Shown here in pieces: positions 11,161 through 21,207 of a DNA stretch of 64,000 nucleotides. The position numbers were made by a program, and so were the translations under genes. Under the pieces are notes generated by a model. That model was not told where the DNA came from. It worked only from the letters and a program-made list of their open reading frames with translations, and searched no databases. Position 1 is the stretch's first letter. Each line of letters starts with the position of its first letter. The stretch is from Pseudomonadota bacterium (lineage in GTDB: Bacteria; Pseudomonadota; Gammaproteobacteria; JBCCGL01): assembly GCA_039029275.1 (NCBI GenBank), contig JBCCGL010000007.1:213428-277427 (forward strand), read 5' to 3'.

Positions 11161-12318
11161 ATGAGTGGTTCTTCCATGCAACAAAGCTGCTGGAATCCGG
11201 TAAATGACACCGGGTTTCTGATGAGCCCAGATCCTGTATTCGACTTATCAATTGTCGGATCAGGCCTGCCCCTGCTCGTCAGCACAACGCTTGAACATAT
11301 TGCCGATTCGCTGCCCGAGTTGATTAAGTCCGGAAATCTTCGCAACGTAATTGATGAGCTTGAAGCATATGACGTATCTGCGTTGCGCAATATCAGGGAC
11401 TTTCGGGTTGTTGAACGCGCTTTTCAGATATATGCGCATCTCGCTAACGCATACGTGTGGTGCGACGAAGAAAACCCCAAACACCATATTCCTGAGGGTG
11501 TTGCTGTTCCGTTAGTTGAGTTATCAAAAATGGTTGAGCGGCCGCCGATTTTGCCCTACGCCGCGACATCATTGTGTAATTTTCGGCGTAGAGATCCGCA
11601 CGATGATTTGGTCGCCGATAACCTCGAGTGCATCATTAAGTTCGTTGACATACCCGATGAATCCTGGTTCCACCTCATTCACGTGGAGATTGAAGCTCAT
11701 GCAGCCAACGCGTTGAAGGCTTGTGTCGAAGCCACGAGCGCGATCTCGAGCGATGACGCTCAAATGGTTAAGTCTGAACTCGCCACAATACCAGAAGCCT
11801 TCGGCAAGATGATGGCAACGTTCAAACGCATGGACGAACACTGCAGTCCTGAGGTCTATTTCCATACTTCGCGCCCCTACCGTTTTGGTTTTGATGACGT
11901 GGTCTACAGGGGTGTAGAGGACTTTAACGGACGACCACAAACATTTTGTGGTGAAACTGGTGAACAAAGTACGGTGGTTCCCGCCTTGAAGGCCTTTTTA
12001 GGCCTGCAGAATGAACAGCATGGACTAAGCGAACCCCTGGAAGTCGTGAAGCCTTACATGCCCTCTCCTCACCGACAACTTTTGGCAGGCATTGATAGCC
12101 AGAAAATTCGCAAGTACGTCGTGAACCAAAAAAGCCAATCACTAAAACAAATATACAACAATTGCCTTGAAGGCTTGTTCGAATTCAGAAGCCTCCATTT
12201 TAATATGCTTAAGGGACATGTGGCGTGCAAGGTAAAAAATCCAATCGGTCGGGGTGGCACGGATTTTATGCACTGGTTACAAAATCTCAGAAACGAAACG
12301 GCCGCGCAATACATATAG
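11161..12318 (+). CDS. Indoleamine 2,3-dioxygenase (IDO) family heme dioxygenase
   Basis: GETGEQSTV (cf. GGSAGQSS), KPYMPSPHRQLL (cf. RRYMPPAHRNFL), FRSLHFNML (proximal His), GRGGTDFMHWL (cf. GTGGTDLMNFL). Exact start uncertain. Confidence 0.7.
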   Translation: MSGSSMQQSCWNPVNDTGFLMSPDPVFDLSIVGSGLPLLVSTTLEHIADSLPELIKSGNLRNVIDELEAYDVSALRNIRDFRVVERAFQIYAHLANAYVWCDEENPKHHIPEGVAVPLVELSKMVERPPILPYAATSLCNFRRRDPHDDLVADNLECIIKFVDIPDESWFHLIHVEIEAHAANALKACVEATSAISSDDAQMVKSELATIPEAFGKMMATFKRMDEHCSPEVYFHTSRPYRFGFDDVVYRGVEDFNGRPQTFCGETGEQSTVVPALKAFLGLQNEQHGLSEPLEVVKPYMPSPHRQLLAGIDSQKIRKYVVNQKSQSLKQIYNNCLEGLFEFRSLHFNMLKGHVACKVKNPIGRGGTDFMHWLQNLRNETAAQYI

Positions 12319-12345
12319 TGCTATCGAATAACAAAAGGAATACCC

Positions 12346-13236
12346 ATGAAGCCTAGAATGATGGCGCACGGCGGCGCTTGGGATTGGGACGACGCTTTAG
12401 ACTTTGGGAAGCATCAGGGGTTAAAAATCGCGATACGGGCCGGCCAGAATATCCTCGACAACGGCGGCAGTGCACTTGACGCAGTTGAGAAAACCGTAAT
12501 TGCGTTAGAAGATAATCCTGTGTTCGATGCGGGGACCGGCGGACACCTCAACGAGGACGGAATCGTACAACTCGATGCACTTATTGTTGACGGCTCTAGA
12601 CATGATTTTGGTGCAGTTGCGGGTGTAACCAGTGTAAAAAACCCGGTAGCACTGGCTCGAAAAATACTGGAAGAGACGAATCAAGTATTCTTTGTCGGGC
12701 ACGGTGCAAATCAACAAGCCGGAAAACTTGGAATATCCCCTGTTGCGAATGAAACGCTCGTCACCCCTGAGATGCGCGAATACTTTTATGATCGTAGAAC
12801 CGATGGACCAAGCGATACTGTCGGTGCCATTGCCATCGACAAAGATGGCAATGTGGCCGCCGCAGCATCAACGAGTGGTTCCCCTTACAAGCCAGCCGGA
12901 CGAGTTGGAGACGCTCCATTTTACGGAGCAGGTGGTTACGCTGAGAATTATATTGGGGCAGCAGGAGCGACAGGCCATGGGGAAATGATTGCACGCACAC
13001 TCTTGTCCAAACACGCATGCGATCAAATCAGCAACGGCGCTTGTGCGATGCATGCGGCTCAGAAATCAATCGAGTATTTTGAGTTGTTGAATGGAAAGTC
13101 TATGTCTGCTCTGATCGTAATTGACAAAGACGGCAATCTCGGTGCGAGTCAAACCGCACCCAAGATGGCATTTGGTTGGGTTGATCTAAACGGCAATATT
13201 CACACAGCAATGACGTCGAGCGAACTCAGAAAATAA
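12346..13236 (+). CDS. Isoaspartyl peptidase / L-asparaginase family Ntn-hydrolase
   Basis: 296 aa. DTVGAIAIDKDGN nucleophile-Thr motif, GAGGYAENYIGAAGATGHGE. Good SD AAGGA before ATG. Confidence 0.8.
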   Translation: MKPRMMAHGGAWDWDDALDFGKHQGLKIAIRAGQNILDNGGSALDAVEKTVIALEDNPVFDAGTGGHLNEDGIVQLDALIVDGSRHDFGAVAGVTSVKNPVALARKILEETNQVFFVGHGANQQAGKLGISPVANETLVTPEMREYFYDRRTDGPSDTVGAIAIDKDGNVAAAASTSGSPYKPAGRVGDAPFYGAGGYAENYIGAAGATGHGEMIARTLLSKHACDQISNGACAMHAAQKSIEYFELLNGKSMSALIVIDKDGNLGASQTAPKMAFGWVDLNGNIHTAMTSSELRK

Positions 13237-13302
13237 AATCTGACAATATCGAAAAATCTTGAATCCAGAACCAACATTGATCGGAACTGTTTCAGGTAAT
13301 TC

Positions 13303-16300
13303 TTAAGCAGCCTGTTCCTCCCCTTGAACGTTTCTTAAATGTCGGAGTAAATGTTTAACAACTGCATAGTTTTCGTCGTACGCTCTTTTTTTGACATAAC
13401 CATATCCACGAACCTTCGCTGCGCTACTCGCCAGCTCGACTGCTACGTCGTAGTTATCGGGCCGAGTTTCTCTCAACAAAATTCCCAGAAGTATTTCATA
13501 CTCATCGATGATGAGTCTTTCCAACTTTCGATCCTCGCTGTAGCCAAAAATATCGAACTTTGTTCCGCGCAGAAATCTTAACCCGGCCAGAATCTTAAAA
13601 ACCGGAATCATCCATTGGCCAAACTCCCGTTTGGACGGTAAGCCGTCTGGATTATTGGAAGCCAGTATAGGCGGAGCCAAGTTGAATTTGACTTGGTAGT
13701 CTCCTTCAAACTTATCGGAGAGATCCGACCAAAATTCATCGCTCGAATAAAGTCGTGCGACTTCGTACTCATCTTTGTACGCAAGTACATGTACATAAGT
13801 CCTGGCAACTTCCTTTGATAGTGCAAAATCAGTTCGGCCCAAAGCTTCATCGATCGACTCGAACGCGCGCACTTGATTAATGTAACGTTCGGCCAATGCT
13901 GTGTTTTGATACTGCTTGAGATGACTGGCGTACTGATCGAGTAAACCCTCAAGCGAATCTTCGCTTTTCTGAGCTGGTGCAGGATTTAGCTCGATAGTCG
14001 ATGGGAGCGACGAGGGTGAGTGACTTGCTAACCTGCCCCAGTTAAATGCAGCGATGTTTTTCTCAATTGCTACGCCATTCAGCTCGATGGCAGCTGTCAA
14101 GGATTCTGATTTTATTGGCACGTATCCTGACTGATACGCATAGCCCAGCAAAAACAGGTTTGCGAACACAGAATCTCCGAAGAGCCGCGTCGCGATATCG
14201 GTCGCATCGATGAATGTGCAATTGTCTGATCTAGTTGCCTTTCGAATAATGTTTTGCATTCGCATGGCGGGAAATTCAAGATCAGGTGTTTGTGTGAACG
14301 AAGACGGCATCGAACGGTAACTGTTTATCACGGCGTTAGTGTTTTGAGGGTCGGTTTTTGCCAAGGTATCAAAGCTGGACGCGACGATAAGGTCACCACC
14401 GATCACGACATTGGCTTCGCCCGCCGGAATGCGCACGGTATGAATGTCATTTTGAGAAACCGCGATACGAATATGACTGACCACTGCGCCGTATTTTTGC
14501 GCTAATCCCGCCATGTCCAGAACTGATATTCCTCTCTCCTCAATATGCGAGGCCATGCCGATGATCGCACCGATTGTGACGATACCTGTTCCTCCTACGC
14601 CTGTGACGACAATGTTGTACGGCATGTCAAGTGACGGTTTTATGGGTTCGGGCAGTGACTTGAATTCCGGGCTTTCCGTCATGGCCTGCTTCACTTTCAG
14701 TTTGCCGCCAACAACACTGACAAAACTCGGACAAAATCCTTTGTTGCACATAAAATCCTTATTACACGCGGACTGATCAATCGCGCGTTTGCGCCCAAAG
14801 GGTGTTTCAACCGGAATGATTGAAAGGCAATTTGATTTTTCTCCGCAATCACCGCATCCTTCACACACAGCCTTGTTGATAAACAAGCGTTTTTTCGGTT
14901 CTGGCATGAGGCCGCGTTTACGGCGTCGGCGCTTTTCTGTCGCGCAGGTTTGATCGTAGATGATGACCGAAACACCAGTGCTTTTACGCAGCGTGCGTTG
15001 CAAGGCATCAAGCTCGTCGCGATGATGCACCGTGACACCAGCGGCAAAATTTGCCTGGTGCGTGTACTTTTCAGGTTCGTCGCTGACCACCTTTAGCATG
15101 CGAACACCCTCGCCATATAGCTGATGAGTGATTTGCTCGACACTCAGTTGTCCGTCGATAGGCTGTCCGCCTGTCATTGCGACCGCGTCGTTGTAGAGCA
15201 ACTTGTAAGTCACATTCACGTCTGCAGCGACTGCTGCGCGAATCGCAAGCAAGCCGGAATGAAAGTACGTGCCATCTCCCAGATTCACAAATACATGTTC
15301 AGTTTCAGTAAAAGGAGATTGACCAATCCAGGCAACGCCCTCGCCGCCCATTTGTGAAAACGTTTCGGTTCGGCGATCCATCCAGATCGCCATATAGTGG
15401 CAGCCAATTCCGGCTAGTGCGCGGCTGCCTTCAGGCACTTTGGTGGATGTGTTATGCGGGCAACCCGAACAAAAATGAGGGACCCGCGCAATGGGTGACA
15501 CCGCCTGTTCCAACGCTTTTTCTTTCTCTTCAAGAAATGACAGACGTTCCTTCACCGCGTCACTGTCATAAAAAGGTTTTATTCGGCGAGCGATAACCCG
15601 TGCGACTTGTGCAGGCGTTAATTCACCGGTTGAAGGCAAAATCCATTCACCTGCCTCGTCAAATTTACCGACCACACGCGGCCTGACTTCCTCACGCCAG
15701 TTGTAGAGCTGTTCCTTAAGCTGGTTTTCGATAACTGCGCGCTTTTCTTCAACCACAATAATTTCTTCAAGACCTTCGGCGAACTCGCGAATTCCCTCTC
15801 GCTCAAGCGGCCAACTCATCCCTACTTTTAAAACCCGCAAGCCGATTTGTTGTGCGGTTTGTTTGTCGATGTGCAAATCGTCAAGTGCCTGCATCACGTC
15901 GAGATAGGACTTGCCGGTACTGACAATGCCAACGCGTGGCTTTTCGCTGTCGAGCGTAATGCGATTAAGCGTGTTGGCGCGCGCAAATGCCAATGCGGCG
16001 TACACCTTGTATTGCTGCAGGCGACGCTCCTGCACCAGCGGGGGATCGGGCCAACGTGCGTGCAAGCCGCCCGCGGGCATGTCGAAGTCCTGAGGCATGA
16101 CGATTGAGACCCGACTGGGGTCCAGGTCGGCAGAAATTGACGAATCGACAGTTTCGGCAATCGTTTTGAATCCAACCCAGCAACCGCTGAACCGCGACAA
16201 GGCCCAACCGATGAGTCCGAAATCCAGTATTTCCTGAACGCCAGATGGGTTAAGTACAGGCATTTGTGCGTCCATAAACGCGTATTCGCTTTGATGCGCC

Positions 16301-16761
16301 AGCGTTGAGGATTTGCAGGTATGGTCGTCCCCGGCAATTGCCAGGACACCTCCGAATTGGGATGTTCCTGCAGAATTGGCGTGTTTAAACACGTCGCCAC
16401 TGCGATCTACCCCGGGCCCTTTGCCGTACCACATTCCGAAAACACCGTCGTAATTAGCGCCATCGAACAGGTTAACTTGCTGCGAGCCCCATACTGCAGT
16501 TGCACCGAGGTCTTCGTTAACGCCGGGCTGAAAGTGTATATGGTGTTCTTTGAGGTAATCGCGCGCTTTCCACAGCGCCATGTCAAAACCGCCCAACGGC
16601 GATCCGCGATAACCTGATATAAACGCTGCGGTGTTCAATCCTGCCGCTAAATCGCGCTGGCGCTGCAGCATGGGGAGTTTGACCAACGCCTGGGTGCCGG
16701 TCAGATAGGCTCGGCCGGTATTAAGCGTGTATTTATCGTCGAGGGCTACTGATCGATTCAT
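13303..16761 (-). CDS. Indolepyruvate:ferredoxin oxidoreductase family protein (fused alpha/beta, 1152 aa)
   Basis: Characteristic N-terminus MNRSVALDDKYTLNTGRAYLTGTQALVKLPMLQR. TPP and 4Fe-4S Cys-motif regions (CEGCGDCGEKSNC). Confidence 0.9.
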   Translation of the reverse strand: MNRSVALDDKYTLNTGRAYLTGTQALVKLPMLQRQRDLAAGLNTAAFISGYRGSPLGGFDMALWKARDYLKEHHIHFQPGVNEDLGATAVWGSQQVNLFDGANYDGVFGMWYGKGPGVDRSGDVFKHANSAGTSQFGGVLAIAGDDHTCKSSTLAHQSEYAFMDAQMPVLNPSGVQEILDFGLIGWALSRFSGCWVGFKTIAETVDSSISADLDPSRVSIVMPQDFDMPAGGLHARWPDPPLVQERRLQQYKVYAALAFARANTLNRITLDSEKPRVGIVSTGKSYLDVMQALDDLHIDKQTAQQIGLRVLKVGMSWPLEREGIREFAEGLEEIIVVEEKRAVIENQLKEQLYNWREEVRPRVVGKFDEAGEWILPSTGELTPAQVARVIARRIKPFYDSDAVKERLSFLEEKEKALEQAVSPIARVPHFCSGCPHNTSTKVPEGSRALAGIGCHYMAIWMDRRTETFSQMGGEGVAWIGQSPFTETEHVFVNLGDGTYFHSGLLAIRAAVAADVNVTYKLLYNDAVAMTGGQPIDGQLSVEQITHQLYGEGVRMLKVVSDEPEKYTHQANFAAGVTVHHRDELDALQRTLRKSTGVSVIIYDQTCATEKRRRRKRGLMPEPKKRLFINKAVCEGCGDCGEKSNCLSIIPVETPFGRKRAIDQSACNKDFMCNKGFCPSFVSVVGGKLKVKQAMTESPEFKSLPEPIKPSLDMPYNIVVTGVGGTGIVTIGAIIGMASHIEERGISVLDMAGLAQKYGAVVSHIRIAVSQNDIHTVRIPAGEANVVIGGDLIVASSFDTLAKTDPQNTNAVINSYRSMPSSFTQTPDLEFPAMRMQNIIRKATRSDNCTFIDATDIATRLFGDSVFANLFLLGYAYQSGYVPIKSESLTAAIELNGVAIEKNIAAFNWGRLASHSPSSLPSTIELNPAPAQKSEDSLEGLLDQYASHLKQYQNTALAERYINQVRAFESIDEALGRTDFALSKEVARTYVHVLAYKDEYEVARLYSSDEFWSDLSDKFEGDYQVKFNLAPPILASNNPDGLPSKREFGQWMIPVFKILAGLRFLRGTKFDIFGYSEDRKLERLIIDEYEILLGILLRETRPDNYDVAVELASSAAKVRGYGYVKKRAYDENYAVVKHLLRHLRNVQGEEQAA

Positions 16762-17001
16762 GACAGGCCCCTAATTTCTTTATTTTCAGCAAGATAGATC
16801 AGAAAATAAAAGTAATTTGAGAACACAAGGCGGAGTCCGCCGTAAGCGCGAAAATCAAACATTTTTGTCACCTTCCTCAGGATCACTGCAGTATAGGTAG
16901 CTTCTGTGCCCTTTTGGGGCAGCCCAATAGTCGCATCATTCGGGGGAGAGACTCAAGTCTGATACCCTTGTTTTCATTATAGCCTGCACCGGAAAAAGCT
17001 A

Positions 17002-17751
17002 TTGAGGATCGTGAGTTGGAACATTCGAGCCGGTGGCGGCAAAAGGATCGGGTGCATTCTTGACAACTTGATACGGTGGCAACCCGATGTAATCTGCCTT
17101 AATGAATTCCGTGGCACGCCGCCCAGTTTGGACTTGGCCTGCGCGCTCGTCAGCTGCGGGTTTCCTTTTCAACGTAACACGGTAAACGCATCAGATAAGG
17201 CCAAAAACGCGTTGTTGATTGCCAGTGCGATTCCGATTAAACGAACGTGGCGCAAAGGCATGCCAGATAACGCCGAACGATGGTTATCAATTCGGCTTAA
17301 CCGAGTGCTCCCGATTTTCCTGGGTATCATGCACATCCCGAATTACACGCACCCACATTTGAAGTATCCGTTCATGCAGGCGGTGCTGGAGTTACAAAAA
17401 CGCTGGCGTTCCAGCCCGGCAATTTTTCTTGGTGATACCAACTGTGGCAAACGTGGAATTGACGAAGAACAATATTCCTCAGTTTTGTTTCGTCGGGAAC
17501 ACGACTGGATGGAGAACATCGAATCGAATCGTTGGGTAGATATTTATCGGCATTTTCACGGTAGTCGTCGTGAATTCACGTGGTACTCCCATCGCAACAA
17601 TGGTTTTCGATTGGATCACGCGTTCTGCAATCAAAAAATGTTACCGGCCGTTTGTTCCATACGCTATGAGTGGGGGCATGACCCCACGCAAGCAAAAAGG
17701 CGCGACGCGGTAAGCGACCACGCCGCGATGATTATCGACCTCGATAGCTGA
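17002..17751 (+). CDS. Endonuclease/exonuclease/phosphatase (EEP, ExoIII/DNase I-like) family protein. TTG start
   Basis: RIVSWNIRAGG, LNEFRG, C-terminal SDHAAMIIDL. Confidence 0.75.
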   Translation: MRIVSWNIRAGGGKRIGCILDNLIRWQPDVICLNEFRGTPPSLDLACALVSCGFPFQRNTVNASDKAKNALLIASAIPIKRTWRKGMPDNAERWLSIRLNRVLPIFLGIMHIPNYTHPHLKYPFMQAVLELQKRWRSSPAIFLGDTNCGKRGIDEEQYSSVLFRREHDWMENIESNRWVDIYRHFHGSRREFTWYSHRNNGFRLDHAFCNQKMLPAVCSIRYEWGHDPTQAKRRDAVSDHAAMIIDLDS

Positions 17752-17776
17752 TATCGATTTCCAGAGAGAAAAACTT

Positions 17777-19048
17777 TTATTTTTCAGCGTTAACCACGTC
17801 GTGAATCAAGCTTTCACTCTGGCGAAGGCGAGTATTCATTTTCTTGAGAAGTGACCAAAACAACTTCATTCCGAGGTCCGGATACCGCCTCAACAACGCG
17901 AATAGTTCCGGCCGCTTCAAAACAAGCATTACTGCGTTACTTGTGGTTGTCACGGTGGCCGATCGGGGAGCCTTATCGATCAGTCCCATTTCACCGAAGT
18001 GCCCTCCCGCTTTTAAATTAGCGACCAGTTTTCCGTTTACCGACACCTCGGCTTCACCGCCGAGAAGTACATACATATCATCGCCTTCCTCGCCTTCGCG
18101 CACCACGACTTCGTTGTTCGCGTATTTGGTAACACGGATAACTTGGAGTAGCAGAGAAATTTGATTGAAGTCGAGATTCTGAAACAAAGGGACACGCTTT
18201 AAAACATTGATCTTTTTAGTAGCGGTAACGTCCGGCGCAGGTGATGCGGTTTCATCTTCGCCGACCTGAACAACAACTGCTGTAATGTTGTCTTTACCGC
18301 CTCGCGCGTTGGCGAATTTAATCAGCTTTTCGGGTAAATCCGCAACATCAGTGCGTGTGCTAAAAGTATGCAAATCATCTTTGGAGGTATAGTCGCTTAA
18401 GCCGTCCGAACAAATAATGAAGCGATCATTGATTTCTGTATCCAGAAATCGGACCTCGGCTTCGACATACTCCTGTACACCCACAGCGCGGGTGATGACG
18501 TTAGCGTTTGGATGATTCTCGGCGTCTTCGCGTGACAAAACGCCCTTCTGCACCAATGTATTAACCAGCGAATGATCCTCGGTGACCTGATGAACTTCGT
18601 TTTTTCGGTGTAGATAAATTCGGCTGTCCCCAACGTGTGCGATAAACGCACCGTGCCTGCAAACCAGTACCAGCACAATGGTTGTGCCCATTCCGTGCCG
18701 GGTCTGATCCTCTTGTGCAAGCTGAAAGACTTTTCGATTGGCATATTCAATCGCGTCCTCAAGCAGAGCGGTGACCTGTTCCCTGTTCGCTTTCTGTGGC
18801 GTTTGATTAAACGTTGACAGACTGTCACTGGAAGCCTGAATACGTTCGACGACCGCTTTGGCCGTTGCTTCGGAGGCGACTTCACCCGCGGCATGACCGC
18901 CCATGCCGTCGCAAACAACGAACAGGCCGATGGTTTCATCGACTAGCAAAAAATCTTCGTTGTGATCGCGTTGAATGCCAACATCCGTTTTACCGGAATG
19001 CTTCACCGTGGGTGCAGACGCGACATTAATTTCAACAGTCTCTTGCAT
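17777..19048 (-). CDS. PP2C-family Ser/Thr phosphatase fused to a C-terminal cyclic-nucleotide-binding (CAP_ED) domain
   Basis: FVVCDGMGGHAAGEVAS metal-binding motif, DGLSD. C-terminal GEMGLIDKAPRSATV cNMP-binding signature. Confidence 0.8.
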   Translation of the reverse strand: MQETVEINVASAPTVKHSGKTDVGIQRDHNEDFLLVDETIGLFVVCDGMGGHAAGEVASEATAKAVVERIQASSDSLSTFNQTPQKANREQVTALLEDAIEYANRKVFQLAQEDQTRHGMGTTIVLVLVCRHGAFIAHVGDSRIYLHRKNEVHQVTEDHSLVNTLVQKGVLSREDAENHPNANVITRAVGVQEYVEAEVRFLDTEINDRFIICSDGLSDYTSKDDLHTFSTRTDVADLPEKLIKFANARGGKDNITAVVVQVGEDETASPAPDVTATKKINVLKRVPLFQNLDFNQISLLLQVIRVTKYANNEVVVREGEEGDDMYVLLGGEAEVSVNGKLVANLKAGGHFGEMGLIDKAPRSATVTTTSNAVMLVLKRPELFALLRRYPDLGMKLFWSLLKKMNTRLRQSESLIHDVVNAEK

Positions 19049-19099
19049 AAACTTGCCCTATGGGTCCGAAACATTGGATTCGGGAAGCAAAATACACTG

Positions 19100-19118
19100 A
19101 GATCAAGGAGCTTGATCT
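19100..19118 (-). promoter_or_regulatory. Perfect 8-bp inverted repeat AGATCAAG-gag-CTTGATCT in the 5' region of the PP2C-CAP_ED gene. Candidate operator
   Basis: Read directly, about 52-70 nt upstream of start codon 19048. Confidence 0.3.
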
Positions 19119-19389
19119 AACCTTCCGCCGTTAGCTAGCCCCTTTTCATTCTGTTTTTGATCATATCAGGGTCCTCCGCTTTCGAATACCGCAAAAATCT
19201 GTCTCCCGATTTGTTCGGCGGCCAAATCGCGACAATGAACTTGGTAATCGACATCCAATCAATCATTGTGGCTGAGATTTGCCTTTGTACCGTTGTCGCT
19301 ACGCGCTGTATCGATGTGCAGGGGTATGTCGGACACAGGCTCTCTGTGCGTAGTGAACTTCGATATAAGTTGTCGGAAACTTTCTGTTT

Positions 19390-20334
19390 TCACTTTGCGA
19401 TTGGCTTGTGATGGCGAGATGCGCGCCAATAAGAAGGAGCTTCGCCAAACTTCGCCTGGAAAGCCCGACTAAACGCTTCTTTTGAAGCATAACCAACACG
19501 ATCAGCAATCGATTCGATTGGCGTACTTGAATGCAAAAGAGCCTCAGCGGCTTGATCCAATCGCCATGCACGCAGGTAGGCACCCGGTTTTTGCCCCATA
19601 ACCTGTTTAAAGCGTTCTGCAAAATTGGAGACAGACATCCCTGCAATATTTGCGAGTTCCGCATTCGTCAGATTTTGTAACGGCTCAGCGTGAATAGCCG
19701 AAACGGCTCGGGCGATACGTTTATCTTTTGCGGCAGCCAGCCAGCCAGGAAGGCTGTCTTCGGATTGGGCCCACCGTCGAAGTATGATGACAAGCAGAAG
19801 ATCGAGGAGGCGCGAAACCATTAGACTTGCACCGGGTCGGGTTGCGCCCAACTCTCCGAGCACGAGTTCACAGACGGTATCAACCCACTCAATCGGATGG
19901 TCATCAAGTCCTGTGAGAACGATGATTTGAGGCAGCGATCGCAATATTCCGGCGGCGAGGTTGCCGTCGACTGAAAAACTCCCCCAGAAACAATTCAGTG
20001 ACGATTCAGGGCTTGCGTTGGGTGAATCAAAATCTGGATAACTGAATCTGGCTTGATGCTGAGTCCCCTGAAGCATCAGGGCAATTTGTTTTTGCTTAAG
20101 AATGACCGGAGATTCAGAATCAATCTGGATTTCAAGTACGCCTTGTTCGACAACATACACACAAGGCTTTCCATGGGGAACTGAATAATCAAGCGGCCCC
20201 TGCGAGGTAATCACACGTGCACTTTCACCGCGCACGTGCACGATATCAAGCACTTCTGAAAAGGCATCCGTTCCAAATATCGGTGTTTCCGCTAACACTT
20301 CCGGCGTCTTCGTCATCGGCAAGTGAGTTCTCAA
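19390..20334 (-). CDS. AraC-family transcriptional regulator (cupin + HTH)
   Basis: C-terminal AraC HTH signature. Confidence 0.85.
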   Translation of the reverse strand: MRTHLPMTKTPEVLAETPIFGTDAFSEVLDIVHVRGESARVITSQGPLDYSVPHGKPCVYVVEQGVLEIQIDSESPVILKQKQIALMLQGTQHQARFSYPDFDSPNASPESSLNCFWGSFSVDGNLAAGILRSLPQIIVLTGLDDHPIEWVDTVCELVLGELGATRPGASLMVSRLLDLLLVIILRRWAQSEDSLPGWLAAAKDKRIARAVSAIHAEPLQNLTNAELANIAGMSVSNFAERFKQVMGQKPGAYLRAWRLDQAAEALLHSSTPIESIADRVGYASKEAFSRAFQAKFGEAPSYWRASRHHKPIAK

Positions 20335-20380
20335 TTTTTAAAATTCGGACCATGCTAATCCAACTACGAGGTACTTCAAA

Positions 20381-21145
20381 ATGATTAATTTTCGTAATGC
20401 TTTTCGCGCGGCGATGGCTGCTGTCGCCATAATTATCTCAATGAACGCGACAGCTAAAGATGCATCGGTTGTGCTTGTTCATGGCGCATTTTCGGACGGA
20501 TCCGCGTGGCACAAAGTGATTCCGATATTGCAGCATGCTGGAATTTCAGTGAATGCTGCCCAGTTGCCAATGTCATCACTCAAGGAGGATGCTTCCGTTG
20601 TGCCGCGCCTGATCGAACTTCAGGAAGGACCCGTCATACTGGTCGGGCATTCCTACGGTGGAAATGTAATTACAGAATCTGGCGCCAACGACAACGTCAG
20701 AGCGTTGGTCTACGTTGCTGGATTCGCTCTGGATGCGGGACAAGCAATGAAGGATTTGCTGAAAGATAAACCACCAGCACCTTGGCAAGCGGAAGCTAAG
20801 GCAGATTCACAGGGGTATGTGCGGCTCACTGAGGCAGGCATAAAAACGTTTTTCGCTCCTGATTTATCCGCAGAGGAAACGGCCCTGGTTTCGGCAACGC
20901 AAGGTCCGATCCAACGTAAGATCAATTACGAAGCGCCTACGGTCGCGGCTTGGAACATGCACCCAACGTTCTATGTTTTAACTGAAAACGACCAAATAAT
21001 TCCGCCTGAATTACAGGGTTTCTTCGCAACGCGAATGGGCGCTCAAATCACACCAGTAGCGTCGAGTCACGTTGCGATGTTGTCGCAGCCGGAGGCCGTT
21101 GCACAAGTGATATTGAAAGCTGTTGAAGCAGCTTTGTCTCGTTAA
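20381..21145 (+). CDS. Secreted alpha/beta-hydrolase (esterase, SABP2/methylesterase-like)
   Basis: Signal peptide, VLVHGAFSDGSAW, GHSYGG nucleophile elbow. Confidence 0.8.
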   Translation: MINFRNAFRAAMAAVAIIISMNATAKDASVVLVHGAFSDGSAWHKVIPILQHAGISVNAAQLPMSSLKEDASVVPRLIELQEGPVILVGHSYGGNVITESGANDNVRALVYVAGFALDAGQAMKDLLKDKPPAPWQAEAKADSQGYVRLTEAGIKTFFAPDLSAEETALVSATQGPIQRKINYEAPTVAAWNMHPTFYVLTENDQIIPPELQGFFATRMGAQITPVASSHVAMLSQPEAVAQVILKAVEAALSR

Positions 21146-21207
21146 GTTATCTACGAAACCCGCCCAAAGTAAATAATTTTTTAACCATTGATTTCAGGAG
21201 TACTTTA

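Noticed and set aside
18397-18939. 180-aa same-strand alternative-frame ORF inside the PP2C-CAP_ED gene
   Set aside because: The overlapping frame carries clear PP2C and cNMP-binding motifs, and this ORF is Arg-rich and low-complexity
17002-19048. Pycsar/CBASS-like defence reading of the cNMP-binding protein plus nuclease
   Set aside because: No nucleotide cyclase in the neighbourhood. The effector domain is a PP2C phosphatase rather than a TM, TIR or nuclease module. The two genes are convergent and not operonic
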